Source: Ignavibacteriota bacterium (GTDB lineage Bacteria; Bacteroidota; Ignavibacteria; Palsa-1295). From it: a DNA stretch of 64,000 nucleotides. A program made the position numbers and the translations under genes. The stretch spans positions 64,001-128,000 of the forward strand of contig CAWBEI010000005.1 in assembly GCA_963787835.1 (NCBI GenBank), in the 5' to 3' direction. Below, in pieces: positions 51,280 through 60,257 of the stretch. How positions within the stretch are numbered: the stretch's first letter is position 1; every line of letters begins with the position of its first letter. Under the pieces are notes generated by a model. The model was not told the origin of the DNA. It saw only the letters and a program-made list of their open reading frames with translations, and did no database searches.

Positions 51280-53343
51280 CTATTGCGTAACTACCATCGG
51301 CACCTGCTGGACGCTGCCGTTCAGCCGCACAACGCATTCGTACATGCCATCTGGCAAGCCGGTAGGCTTGCTCCACTGGAAGCTGTGCTCGCCGGAAGTG
51401 AGTGTGCCCTCGAACACCCGCGCAATTTCTTCACCGAGAAGGTTCACAACCGTAACACGCGCCACGCCGCTCTCCGGTGAAGTAAAGCGAATGGTGGTGG
51501 ATTGGGAGAGGGGATTGGGGAAAGTGGTAAGTGTACTTTCTTGTATAGGAGTTGATGAGACAGAATTAATTCCAAAGTCGGACAGGGGTCGTCGCCAGAC
51601 CCCTGCCCCGGCAACACCAGCAAAAAGATATTGACCTCCTATTGCGAGTGAAGAAATTGACAGCCCATTATCAATCGGTGTCCAAAAGATCCCATCAGTG
51701 ATGTAGGTGATCCCCCCAATCGACACAAAAAGGTTTTGCGCACTCGCCACTAATATTGTCGCCGATGTTTGTGAGTCAGTGCCAACTCTGCTCCATGATA
51801 ATCCATTATTGGTTGAACTAAACATTCCATTGTAATTTGTTCCAGCAAAAATTGTGGAATTTAGGATAGCAAGTGAATTAAAAAACGCTCTGGAAGGAAT
51901 GCCGTTTGTGGCTAATGACCAGTGTGTTCCCATCTCAGACCCAACAAAAAGCCCCGATTCGGTCCCTGCAAAAATAGTTGTATCGTTCCAAAGTATTGCA
52001 TTAGCATCGTCCCCGAAGCCCGGCATCTTAGTCCAAGCCGCAATTGAATCGGTCCAGTAAAAAAGCCCAAACTCAGTTCCGGCATATAGAATAGAATCAT
52101 GCACAGCAAAAGTATAAGCTCCATTATCATCACCTAAACCATATTCGGCTTCGCTCCATGAGACACCTGTATCAGTTGATCGGAGAGCTGGATACCCAGC
52201 TGCGAAAATGTTATTTTTATATAACCCGAAAGAGCCAATAGGTTCCGCGAAAGATGTGTCTGTGTTCCAAGTATTACCATTATCCATGGACCGAAAAATA
52301 GAGCAGGCATATTCTTCAGGCTCTGATGCAAGAAGAGTGTTTCCAATCTCGATAAGGCTATTGATTCCCGAGCAAATTAATCCATGGCTTGTCCAAACCC
52401 AATTAGTGTCGTTATTTCCTATGCGAAAAATACCAGCACCATACGTTCCAGCAAAAAGATACGGTCCGATAGAAGTGAGTGAAGTGACATCATTACCAAT
52501 CCGTGGGTCAGATTTTACTGAGTTCCAATTCATACCTTCATCACTAGATTGATAAATCCCTACTCCTCCCAGACTTCCCGATGTGTAGATCATGGATCCA
52601 AAGGAATATAATCTAGTGGCGCGAGGATCATTTGGCAGGCCATTGTTCGACGGTGTCCAAGTCAACCCACTGTCGGTTGACTTAAAAACACCTCCGCCAT
52701 CGGTTCCTGCAAACGCACTTGTTCCGTTCATGACAACGGAAGTAATAATTTGTGCTCCGAGACCAACGGTGTCTGGGAACCAGAAGTGTCCCGAATCAGT
52801 AGATATATAGGCGCCAATTCCGCCATAAGTATTATCTGTTCCGGCAATAAAATTTTTTCCACACGATCCGAGATACACCACTGCTGCATTATTTAATCCG
52901 CTATCAGAAGCAGCCCAGGAATCCCCGCTATTTGTCGAGTAATAAATTACACTACCGGGATTATCCTGAATAGTGCATGCGATGAAATTTGTCCCATTTG
53001 CAGCCAGTAATCCGAATCCGACTTGAAAAATCCCTGTCGGTTTCTCTATCCATGATGAACCATTATCGGATGAAAGGTAAATGCTCCCGTATGGGATTAT
53101 AAGGTCCCCGTCGTTTACGACGATGGTGGAAAACCCGTGGGGCACATTAGTATGAAGGGACTTCCAAGACATTCCGCTATCCGTGGATAAATAAATGTCG
53201 TCCAGTCCAGCAAAAAGATTCTTTCCGTTGACTGCGAGCGCATTAACATACCCTCCCAAAGGCCCACTTGTCTGCACCCACTGCCCAAACGCCTGTGAAT
53301 GCGCGCCTAAAATCAGAACCAGGACTACGAGAGATTTCTTCAT
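51280..53343 (-). CDS. Secreted BNR/Asp-box repeat beta-propeller protein with T9SS C-terminal domain
   Basis: Signal peptide MKKSLVVL..AFGQW; many S.D.G.SW repeats; GVWRRPLS; FPNP..NLLGEEIA..GMYEC. Confidence 0.88.
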   Translation of the reverse strand: MKKSLVVLVLILGAHSQAFGQWVQTSGPLGGYVNALAVNGKNLFAGLDDIYLSTDSGMSWKSLHTNVPHGFSTIVVNDGDLIIPYGSIYLSSDNGSSWIEKPTGIFQVGFGLLAANGTNFIACTIQDNPGSVIYYSTNSGDSWAASDSGLNNAAVVYLGSCGKNFIAGTDNTYGGIGAYISTDSGHFWFPDTVGLGAQIITSVVMNGTSAFAGTDGGGVFKSTDSGLTWTPSNNGLPNDPRATRLYSFGSMIYTSGSLGGVGIYQSSDEGMNWNSVKSDPRIGNDVTSLTSIGPYLFAGTYGAGIFRIGNNDTNWVWTSHGLICSGINSLIEIGNTLLASEPEEYACSIFRSMDNGNTWNTDTSFAEPIGSFGLYKNNIFAAGYPALRSTDTGVSWSEAEYGLGDDNGAYTFAVHDSILYAGTEFGLFYWTDSIAAWTKMPGFGDDANAILWNDTTIFAGTESGLFVGSEMGTHWSLATNGIPSRAFFNSLAILNSTIFAGTNYNGMFSSTNNGLSWSRVGTDSQTSATILVASAQNLFVSIGGITYITDGIFWTPIDNGLSISSLAIGGQYLFAGVAGAGVWRRPLSDFGINSVSSTPIQESTLTTFPNPLSQSTTIRFTSPESGVARVTVVNLLGEEIARVFEGTLTSGEHSFQWSKPTGLPDGMYECVVRLNGSVQQVPMVVTQ

Positions 53344-53426
53344 AAGAGTAAAACGCGCCAACTCCTTCCGGTTACAAAAGAATTTTCAACCAAATGCGTT
53401 TCTATGAGGAAGCTGGGCGAAATAGC

Positions 53427-53759
53427 TTACATTGAGCTATTAACCGCTTCCACCGAGAGCTTTAACCCAAGCGAGCGCAGCACGGCTCCGACGCTATCAA
53501 TCTTAGGATTCCCTTTCGGTGAGAGTGTGCGGTAGAGATTTTCGCGGTTCAGGCCACTTTTTCTGGCGAGCAGGGAAAGTCCGCCATTGGCGCGGGCCAC
53601 GCGTCCGAGTGCATTGAGGAAAATGCGAGGGTCTTCGTCTTCAAGCGAAACTTTGAGATAGGCCGCCGCTTCGCGAGGGTCTTTCAACGCTTCGATCAAT
53701 TCCTCTTCATAGCTCACGCTGGAAGTGCGCGGCTTTGTCTTGTTTGTAGTCTTTGGCAT
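53427..53759 (-). CDS. Addiction-module antidote HTH protein (TIGR02684-like), no toxin partner seen
   Basis: AAAYL..LE..FL.AL..VARA.GG...LA...GLNRENLYRTLS..GNP. Confidence 0.88.
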   Translation of the reverse strand: MPKTTNKTKPRTSSVSYEEELIEALKDPREAAAYLKVSLEDEDPRIFLNALGRVARANGGLSLLARKSGLNRENLYRTLSPKGNPKIDSVGAVLRSLGLKLSVEAVNSSM

Positions 53760-53828
53760 TGTAGCTTTTGAGCTACAACGAATGGCTTATTCAGAGCGTT
53801 CGATTCTCAAAAAAGCGGAAGGCTTATT

Positions 53829-53908
53829 GTCATTCCCGCGAAAGCGCGAATCCAGCTCATAGAGTGTCGCAAAGTCGGGGTCTGGATTCCCGCTTTCGCG
53901 GGAATGAC
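53829..53908. repeat. Palindromic doublet, family B
   Basis: GTCATTCCCGCGAAAGCGCGAATCCAG ... CTGGATTCCCGCTTTCGCGGGAATGAC. Confidence 0.9.
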
Positions 53909-53916
53909 ATGCTAAT

Positions 53917-54567
53917 TTATTTATGTGACCCTCCCGACAGCGCCACGCTATAAAACTTGCCGCCGTCGGCGGTGGTGAGGGCGAGCTGCTCGGCGCCGGC
54001 ATTCCAGGTTATGATGCGGTATTTGTTGTGGTAATCCTGATATGGTTTACCGAGGAGCTTGGTGATCTTTTCTATTGCGCGGTGGTAGGCTGCTCCGTTT
54101 TGCTCGACGCTACGCTGCTTGGCAATAAAGTTAACGCGCATAATATCCGGTCCGGTCGTGTTCACGCGGAACTGTCCGGTATCATTAAGATAGATCCCAT
54201 TGAATGCGATAACGTTCGCAGCCTCTGTGCCACCCCATTGGAGGGTATCGAGCGGAGCGTGAGCATAGAGAAAGATCTCCGCCGTGCTCATGCCGGGGCG
54301 CAGGCCGTGCATATCGAGTGGTTTGGGGGATTGGGCGGAAGCTGTGAGAGAGATTAGTAGCATCCCTGTCATTGCGAGGAGAACATTCGGAGCAAAGCGG
54401 AGAATGTTTGACGAAGCAATCTCTTGCCTACCCCGAAGAGATTGCTTCGTAGAATAGAACTCCCTTCGGTCGTTCGATTCTACTCGCAATGACATGCTTA
54501 AAAAGTCGTTCGGAATGAAGTTCTTGAATTTAACAGTTCCTAATCCCATAAATCTCATTAATCGCAT
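53917..54567 (-). CDS. Hypothetical exported protein (start uncertain; 5' region overlaps a family A repeat)
   Basis: LLISLTASAQ cleavage-like site followed by a ~140-aa domain. Confidence 0.55.
   Translation of the reverse strand: MRLMRFMGLGTVKFKNFIPNDFLSMSLRVESNDRREFYSTKQSLRGRQEIASSNILRFAPNVLLAMTGMLLISLTASAQSPKPLDMHGLRPGMSTAEIFLYAHAPLDTLQWGGTEAANVIAFNGIYLNDTGQFRVNTTGPDIMRVNFIAKQRSVEQNGAAYHRAIEKITKLLGKPYQDYHNKYRIITWNAGAEQLALTTADGGKFYSVALSGGSHK
54368..54493. repeat. Palindromic doublet, family A
   Basis: GTCATTGCGAGGAG..ACGAAGCAATCTCT..AGAGATTGCTTCGT..CTCGCAATGAC. Confidence 0.9.
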
Positions 54568-54570
54568 AAA

Positions 54571-55578
54571 TCACGGTTCAGATTTTGTACTTCTCGCGAT
54601 CGCCTGAAAATATTGCACTTGCAGCTGCTGATTCGGCTCATCCATCGGTGCGAGCAGGAGCAGGATGGCTCGCGGTGTGAGATAGGCTGTAACATAATCG
54701 AACGAGCTATCGACATTTTTAGAAATAAATTCAAATCCAGCTTTGATGATACTTCGTGTTGCTGTGTCTGCGACTTCAAAATCGCCAATTGCGCTTGTCG
54801 CCACGCCATGCTCGCCGAAGGCGATCTCCGCTTTTTGCTTAAAGTTATCCCATGTTGCTGCATCGACAGTTCCCACGCTGGCCGGCCGCATGGTTAACGA
54901 TAACTCCAGCTTGTCCGGGTCCTCCGGATCGCGGAAGACAAGGGCATACGTCATGTTGGAATCGAGTGTTTCCATGGCGCTCCAGCCAGGGTTTGTTTCA
55001 ATGGAAAAGGGCAGCGCTTTGGGATGGAAAGGCCTGCGTAATTTAAGATCGCTGAGTTTTGTCGTCGGACGGTAGCTATAGGACAGTTTAGCGTTTTTGT
55101 AATCCTTTACATCCATCTCATATTCAAAAGGACGGGAATCCAATAGTTTTTTCCCATCTTTCGTCCATACATCGACGAACAGAAAATATCTGGTCTTGGG
55201 GAAGGTGAGCATGTAAAGTGGATCCGGAGATTTGTAACCCATTAATGAATCCTTCGTGACGAATGTTGGCAAGCGCACAGTATCCTGTGTGATACCAAGC
55301 AAACCCACTTCAGGAAAGCGAACGGTAATATGAACATTCGAGGTGTCCCACACTTTCAGGAATACCGTCGGATGTGGGAAGTTATTAGTGGAATCACCTC
55401 CAGCGCTTCCCAGGCCGGCAAGACGGTAATACTTCGGAGAAGCATTTAGCTCAGAAGTATTTGCAATGGATCTTTTCTTTGAAGTTTGCGCATGCACAAC
55501 GGGAAATAAAAACAGGAAGGAAAAAAATGAAGTATGAAGAAAGAGTAGAATTATTCGCGCTCTCATTTCATACTTCAT
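54571..55578 (-). CDS. Hypothetical exported protein
   Basis: 335-aa ORF with hydrophobic N-terminus ending VHAQ. Confidence 0.65.
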   Translation of the reverse strand: MKYEMRARIILLFLHTSFFSFLFLFPVVHAQTSKKRSIANTSELNASPKYYRLAGLGSAGGDSTNNFPHPTVFLKVWDTSNVHITVRFPEVGLLGITQDTVRLPTFVTKDSLMGYKSPDPLYMLTFPKTRYFLFVDVWTKDGKKLLDSRPFEYEMDVKDYKNAKLSYSYRPTTKLSDLKLRRPFHPKALPFSIETNPGWSAMETLDSNMTYALVFRDPEDPDKLELSLTMRPASVGTVDAATWDNFKQKAEIAFGEHGVATSAIGDFEVADTATRSIIKAGFEFISKNVDSSFDYVTAYLTPRAILLLLAPMDEPNQQLQVQYFQAIARSTKSEP

Positions 55579-55601
55579 AATTCATACTTCATAATTTCCC
55601 C

Positions 55602-56280
55602 AACAGGACGGCCCTGCGAGGAAGACACGACCCATAGATCACCCCGGAGACCGGTGGAAAAACAGTCCGCAATCGCTGCGTCCTGCCAGTGAATTCCACC
55701 GGTGAGGTGCTGTCGCGAATGCCAATGACCAGCATTCGTTCCAGCAACTCAGTACAAGGGAATAAAGAACCGTAATATCCCAAGTATCAGCGGGCACCTG
55801 CCTCGTGTGAATGACCGATCATCGATCGTTCACGAAAGACCGCTGGCTTCCCCTGTCCCTCAGCCTGCGGATGGTTCAAACCGTCACGTTCCTTCGAGAT
55901 CGAAGTGTATGGCGACCCGTTACATCGGCTGCGAGCGACGGTCTCGCTCGCGGCTTATTGGAGTTCTCCGCTACCGTAAAATCGCTGGCTTCGAACGAGC
56001 AGGATGCGCCTAAACTAAGAAACGCGTTTCCAGCTCTGATGCAAATAATCCACGAACTTACGATAGCGGAGCGGGGCCTGTCGTTGGAATCAAGCGTCAA
56101 GCGCCCTGTGGCTCACTGTTGGTTCTTTTTTCGTTGTGCTCCGGGGCTCTGCGAGAAGAAGAGTGGGTTGGCTTATGGGGCGTCCGCTCTTCTCAAGGAT
56201 GATCCCTCATCCAAGAATGATCGCTCATCCAAGAATGATCGCTCATTCGATGTGTCTTCCTCGAAGGGCCTTCCGCTATT
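55602..56280. ncRNA. Candidate large structured RNA or structured element (unassigned)
   Basis: 19-bp terminal inverted repeat 55610-55628/56252-56270, nested stems, many hairpins, no credible ORF. Confidence 0.55.
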
Positions 56281-56347
56281 AACTACAATTCTCCTTGCAT
56301 CTGAGTTCTTCTAATACAAAGAGGATCGTAAAAATTTTCAATTTTTT

Positions 56348-57109
56348 TTATCGAGATCTGATCGAGTCGATGATTTGGACGGTATTGTGTTCGAAATGGG
56401 ACTGAACCTCATGCCACTGCGTTCTAAAAATGATGGCAAAGGCAAAGTATCCTGCGAAGGCAAGCATGGCAATACTGGTTCCCAGATTGATCTTTTGCAA
56501 GGTGGCGGGCTGGAACCCACGCCGCCGTTTTGAGATCCATCGGATGAGGACGAGATACCATCCAATAGTTCCGGCGCCCGCGCCGAGTGCGAATAACGCG
56601 TTCCTATCGACCCCGGTGCCGAGCAAGCCCCAACTGCGCCAAAGGCCGGAGACAATGATCCATTCCGGGACGGCCATGACATTCGTTGCATAGAGCAGAA
56701 TTCCAATAGTGAATGGCCCCAAAAGGCTTTTTCTCTCTAAGTGCATGCGGTGGATCGCAGCGGCGGCCACGCGCTCTCCGCGGTCGGGTTCTTGTGGGAA
56801 TGTATCCTCGGAGGAAGATTCATGAGTTACCGATTTAGAGGTAAGCTGCCGAATCCCGAGGATGAGCAACGCGGAAAATCCTGCAAACTCAAAACCCAAA
56901 TTGATAACGGGAGATTTTACGAGGAATTGATTGATCTGCGCCGCGCCGCCACAATAGATCACGTCCATCATCCCCGCGCCAATAGCGACTGCAATACCGA
57001 AGCGGGCGCTATACTTTATCGTGCGAGAGATCACGGCCGCATTCAGCGGGCCAATCGGCATCGACATCAGCCAGCCGGTGATAGCGCCGATCAAAAGTGC
57101 GAGGATCAA
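56348..57109 (-). CDS. LysE family translocator
   Basis: SMPIGPLNAAVI, G..VAIGA..MD; multiple TM helices. Confidence 0.85.
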   Translation of the reverse strand: MILALLIGAITGWLMSMPIGPLNAAVISRTIKYSARFGIAVAIGAGMMDVIYCGGAAQINQFLVKSPVINLGFEFAGFSALLILGIRQLTSKSVTHESSSEDTFPQEPDRGERVAAAAIHRMHLERKSLLGPFTIGILLYATNVMAVPEWIIVSGLWRSWGLLGTGVDRNALFALGAGAGTIGWYLVLIRWISKRRRGFQPATLQKINLGTSIAMLAFAGYFAFAIIFRTQWHEVQSHFEHNTVQIIDSIRSR

Positions 57110-57609
57110 CGGGTAGCTGGAGTTTTGGCTTGTGTTACTTCGAAGAGGGTTCGTTTCAATTGAGCCGCATGCGTATGGTCATGTTCTGTCATCGTTTCAA
57201 GTATTTTATAGGTGTTCATTTCACCATACTTTGAATGAGTGCCGGTCAATTCGAATTCGCGGGGTTTCATCGTGCGGATCAAGTCGTGTGTCTCTTTACG
57301 GGCTTTCGTGAGTTCGGGAATACCAGGCTGATACTCGCGTTCGTTGTATCGCTGTTCAATGGCCTCTTTGTCCGGATTCATCTGGTGGAATTGGTTCACC
57401 GTGCCATCGAGCAACCCACGAATGCGTTTCTGCCACAGGCGCTCCACGTCAAGCATGTGATAGAGGATCTCAGTGGCGCTAAAGGCTTTCTCAGAGGGCT
57501 TCTCACGCACCAACGGGCGAGGGTATTCCTCAGCCGCCTGTAAAAATACGGTGAAGCTCTTATCTAATGCCGCCAGATGCGCTTCTGGATGGTGTTCGTG
57601 GGTGTGCAT
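57106..57609 (-). CDS. DinB family protein
   Basis: FSATEILYHM.DVE, HDHTH. Confidence 0.85.
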   Translation of the reverse strand: MHTHEHHPEAHLAALDKSFTVFLQAAEEYPRPLVREKPSEKAFSATEILYHMLDVERLWQKRIRGLLDGTVNQFHQMNPDKEAIEQRYNEREYQPGIPELTKARKETHDLIRTMKPREFELTGTHSKYGEMNTYKILETMTEHDHTHAAQLKRTLFEVTQAKTPATR

Positions 57610-58423
57610 TGGTAGGGGTGTTGATCAGACCGAAATCGCTTCGGAAAATGGTATTATCATATCGAAGATAGGAGACAATAAGTGCCGAATGTCCGCCGAT
57701 CCATTGTGAAATATCGGTAGGGCCAAAATCATGAACGAGCGTCTTGATCGATTCGCCGGTCATTTCTTCGAGAGTGCTGGAGTAATCCTGAAATACTTTA
57801 GAAAGATACAGTGTATTGGCCCTGCGGTCAAGGTAGTTCTTGGTAGAATCGGCTAAGAACTTATGAAATTGGTCATCGAGTTGATCGCTCAAATGTTCTC
57901 CGGAATATGGCTCTATCCGAAGTTGCGGTGACGATCGTGTTCCATCGAAGAGTGCAAAGAATGCCCGCGGTTCACGAAAGTGATGTTCAATGATGGTATG
58001 TTCGATGTCATACAAGGAGTAGGTTTGACCATCGGACATGAGAATCACCTTGGCATACCGAAATCCAGGGATGTCGTCGATCGACTTGGCCGGATTGAGG
58101 CGGAGCATATCCAACACATAGGCATTGTGCACATTGATCCAGAACGCAAGCAGTTCGGAGCGAGAAGTAAAGGCATCGGTGTGAACCAGGGCGATCTGCC
58201 GTAAGTATTCTGTAAGGTCGCTGTCGGATTGAAGCGCCTTGTAACTTACCGCACCGTTCCAGGCAACCGCCTGGGAAAGCACCCGACCGAAAAGGGAGTC
58301 ATCGACGATCGCGAGCGGCGCACCTGTTGGCATGCTCACAATCGAAGTCTTCAGGACTGTTCCACAGGACGCAAAAATGATCGAGATGAGGGTTAGTACA
58401 CCCAAGCGCGTTTTGAAGTGCAT
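57560..58423 (-). CDS. DUF547 domain lipoprotein
   Basis: Lipobox FASC; LAFWINVHNAY, SLYDIEH, LSKVF. Confidence 0.82.
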   Translation of the reverse strand: MHFKTRLGVLTLISIIFASCGTVLKTSIVSMPTGAPLAIVDDSLFGRVLSQAVAWNGAVSYKALQSDSDLTEYLRQIALVHTDAFTSRSELLAFWINVHNAYVLDMLRLNPAKSIDDIPGFRYAKVILMSDGQTYSLYDIEHTIIEHHFREPRAFFALFDGTRSSPQLRIEPYSGEHLSDQLDDQFHKFLADSTKNYLDRRANTLYLSKVFQDYSSTLEEMTGESIKTLVHDFGPTDISQWIGGHSALIVSYLRYDNTIFRSDFGLINTPTNAHPRTPSRSASGGIR

Positions 58424-58550
58424 GCTTTGCTTACGGCGTAACTATCTCTTGTATAAAACTATCTATAAGGGGTAATGAGATGTCACGGTATCAAATTTGA
58501 CTAACGTACATTGATCGCCGAGGAATTCCAACCGTACGACCCAAGAAGCA

Positions 58551-60245
58551 TTACTTCTTGGATGGTGCCGATTGTTTTAGATATTCCAGACCTTGTTTCG
58601 CTCCCTCATTATTAGGATCGAGTTTCAAGACTTTTTCATAATACTTCTTCGCCTTATCGAACTGATGCAGTTGATGGTAGGACTGCGCAAGGACCAGAGT
58701 ATAGCTCGTGAGATATGGGGAGTTTGATGCTTCGAGCGTTGTCACGGCCGGTTCAAAGTGTTCGACCGCCGCTTTCCAATCTTTCAGCGCCGCATAATGA
58801 TAAGCGATCAAGCCTTCCGCGATGGCTGCAGTATCGGCTGAGTTGGAAGCCTTAGCGGCTTCGCGAAGTTTATTGAACGAGGCAAGCGCTTCCTCGGTAC
58901 TATCGGACGAAACTTCGTTGAGCGCTATTTGCATTAGGACCTTCACAGAATTTGGATTAATTGCGAGAGCCTTGTCATAATATAATTTGGCGGAATCGGA
59001 TTTTTTTGCAATTCCATAGATCTCTCCGGCAGAGAGATAGGCATCGACCGATGGGTTGGCATCGGCGATCTTTGCAAACACCTGCGCAGATTCGTCATAG
59101 CGCTTCTGCTGATAAAGCAAATTACCAATAGCATTTTGTGTCTGGAGTTTTTCCTGCGGTGTGCGGATCGTATCACCAACCAATGATTTTTTCAATTGAT
59201 CGATCCCGCCGGCGGTATCGCCGGAGACGATAAGTGCGTCACCATAAAAGCCGAGGTCTTTCGGGTCGAGCGATTTTGCGTTTTTATAAATATCGAGAGC
59301 TTTCGGATAATCCTTCGAATAAAAATAGCTCCGGGCAAGCAATAACAGCGAAAGTGCTTTAAGGGAATCATTCGAAGCGACCGCCTGTAATGCCGGCAGC
59401 GCTTCCTGATATTGCCCAGCTTCGGTCAACGACCTTGCATAGAGCCACTGTCCATTAACATCATTGGGTTTCAGTTTCACATATTTGCCCGCATAAAACG
59501 CCGCATTCTGAAATTGCTTACCCAAAAAATAAAGATTTCCAACTTGATAATAGGCGTCTGCATAGTTCGAGTCGATGCGAATGACCTGGAGCCATTCTTT
59601 TGCCGACTCATTGTATTTCGGCGGACGCAACCGGAGATACAATCCCGCAAGAGAACTATGCACGCCCTCGTCATTCGGATCGAGCTTCAGAGCTTGTTCG
59701 AATTGGCCGATGGCGAGTTCCGGAATGTGTTGACGCTCGTAGAGCTCGGCTAAACCTACATAAGACCGGACATCCTTGGTATCCAATTGCTGGGCTTGAT
59801 AGAGCGTGATCTCCGCAGATTTCAGAGAATCGATGGAAATATAATAGCGGCTCAATGCAACCATGCTGCCGACATCTTTGGGGTCGATCTTGATGGCCTG
59901 ATGGAATTCTTCGAGCGCGTCATTGATGCGCGCCTGTTTCCCATAGACTATTCCACGGGCGATGCGCACGAGTTCGTTATGACGGTCGATGTCAAAGGCT
60001 GCCTGTGCTTCTGTTGCGGCGTCCGGTAACTTATTCAAGGCAACAAGTGCGATTGCGAGACCAGCATGCGCTTCGGCATTTTTTGGATCGGTGGCAATAA
60101 GCTGCCGAAGTTGATCGGCAGCATCGCGAGCGTTCCCAAGATCGACGAGCTTCATGGCCGCCGCGACGTGTATATCATGTGCCTGCGCCCAAACGCTCGG
60201 AGCGAGGGTGAAGAGTACGAGAAGAATAGAAAATAACCGTTTCAT
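58551..60245 (-). CDS. Exported tetratricopeptide repeat protein
   Basis: Signal peptide; numerous TPR units (A..LDP). Confidence 0.9.
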   Translation of the reverse strand: MKRLFSILLVLFTLAPSVWAQAHDIHVAAAMKLVDLGNARDAADQLRQLIATDPKNAEAHAGLAIALVALNKLPDAATEAQAAFDIDRHNELVRIARGIVYGKQARINDALEEFHQAIKIDPKDVGSMVALSRYYISIDSLKSAEITLYQAQQLDTKDVRSYVGLAELYERQHIPELAIGQFEQALKLDPNDEGVHSSLAGLYLRLRPPKYNESAKEWLQVIRIDSNYADAYYQVGNLYFLGKQFQNAAFYAGKYVKLKPNDVNGQWLYARSLTEAGQYQEALPALQAVASNDSLKALSLLLLARSYFYSKDYPKALDIYKNAKSLDPKDLGFYGDALIVSGDTAGGIDQLKKSLVGDTIRTPQEKLQTQNAIGNLLYQQKRYDESAQVFAKIADANPSVDAYLSAGEIYGIAKKSDSAKLYYDKALAINPNSVKVLMQIALNEVSSDSTEEALASFNKLREAAKASNSADTAAIAEGLIAYHYAALKDWKAAVEHFEPAVTTLEASNSPYLTSYTLVLAQSYHQLHQFDKAKKYYEKVLKLDPNNEGAKQGLEYLKQSAPSKK

Positions 60246-60257
60246 AATTTCGTGGTT

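Noticed and set aside
56197-56248. Possible mini CRISPR array
   Set aside because: Units are contiguous 18-mers with no unique spacers, and no cas genes are present.
55811-56314. 167-aa plus-strand ORF over the structured region
   Set aside because: No recognisable domain, opposite to flanking genes, and its repeats derive from the hairpin units; not fully excluded.
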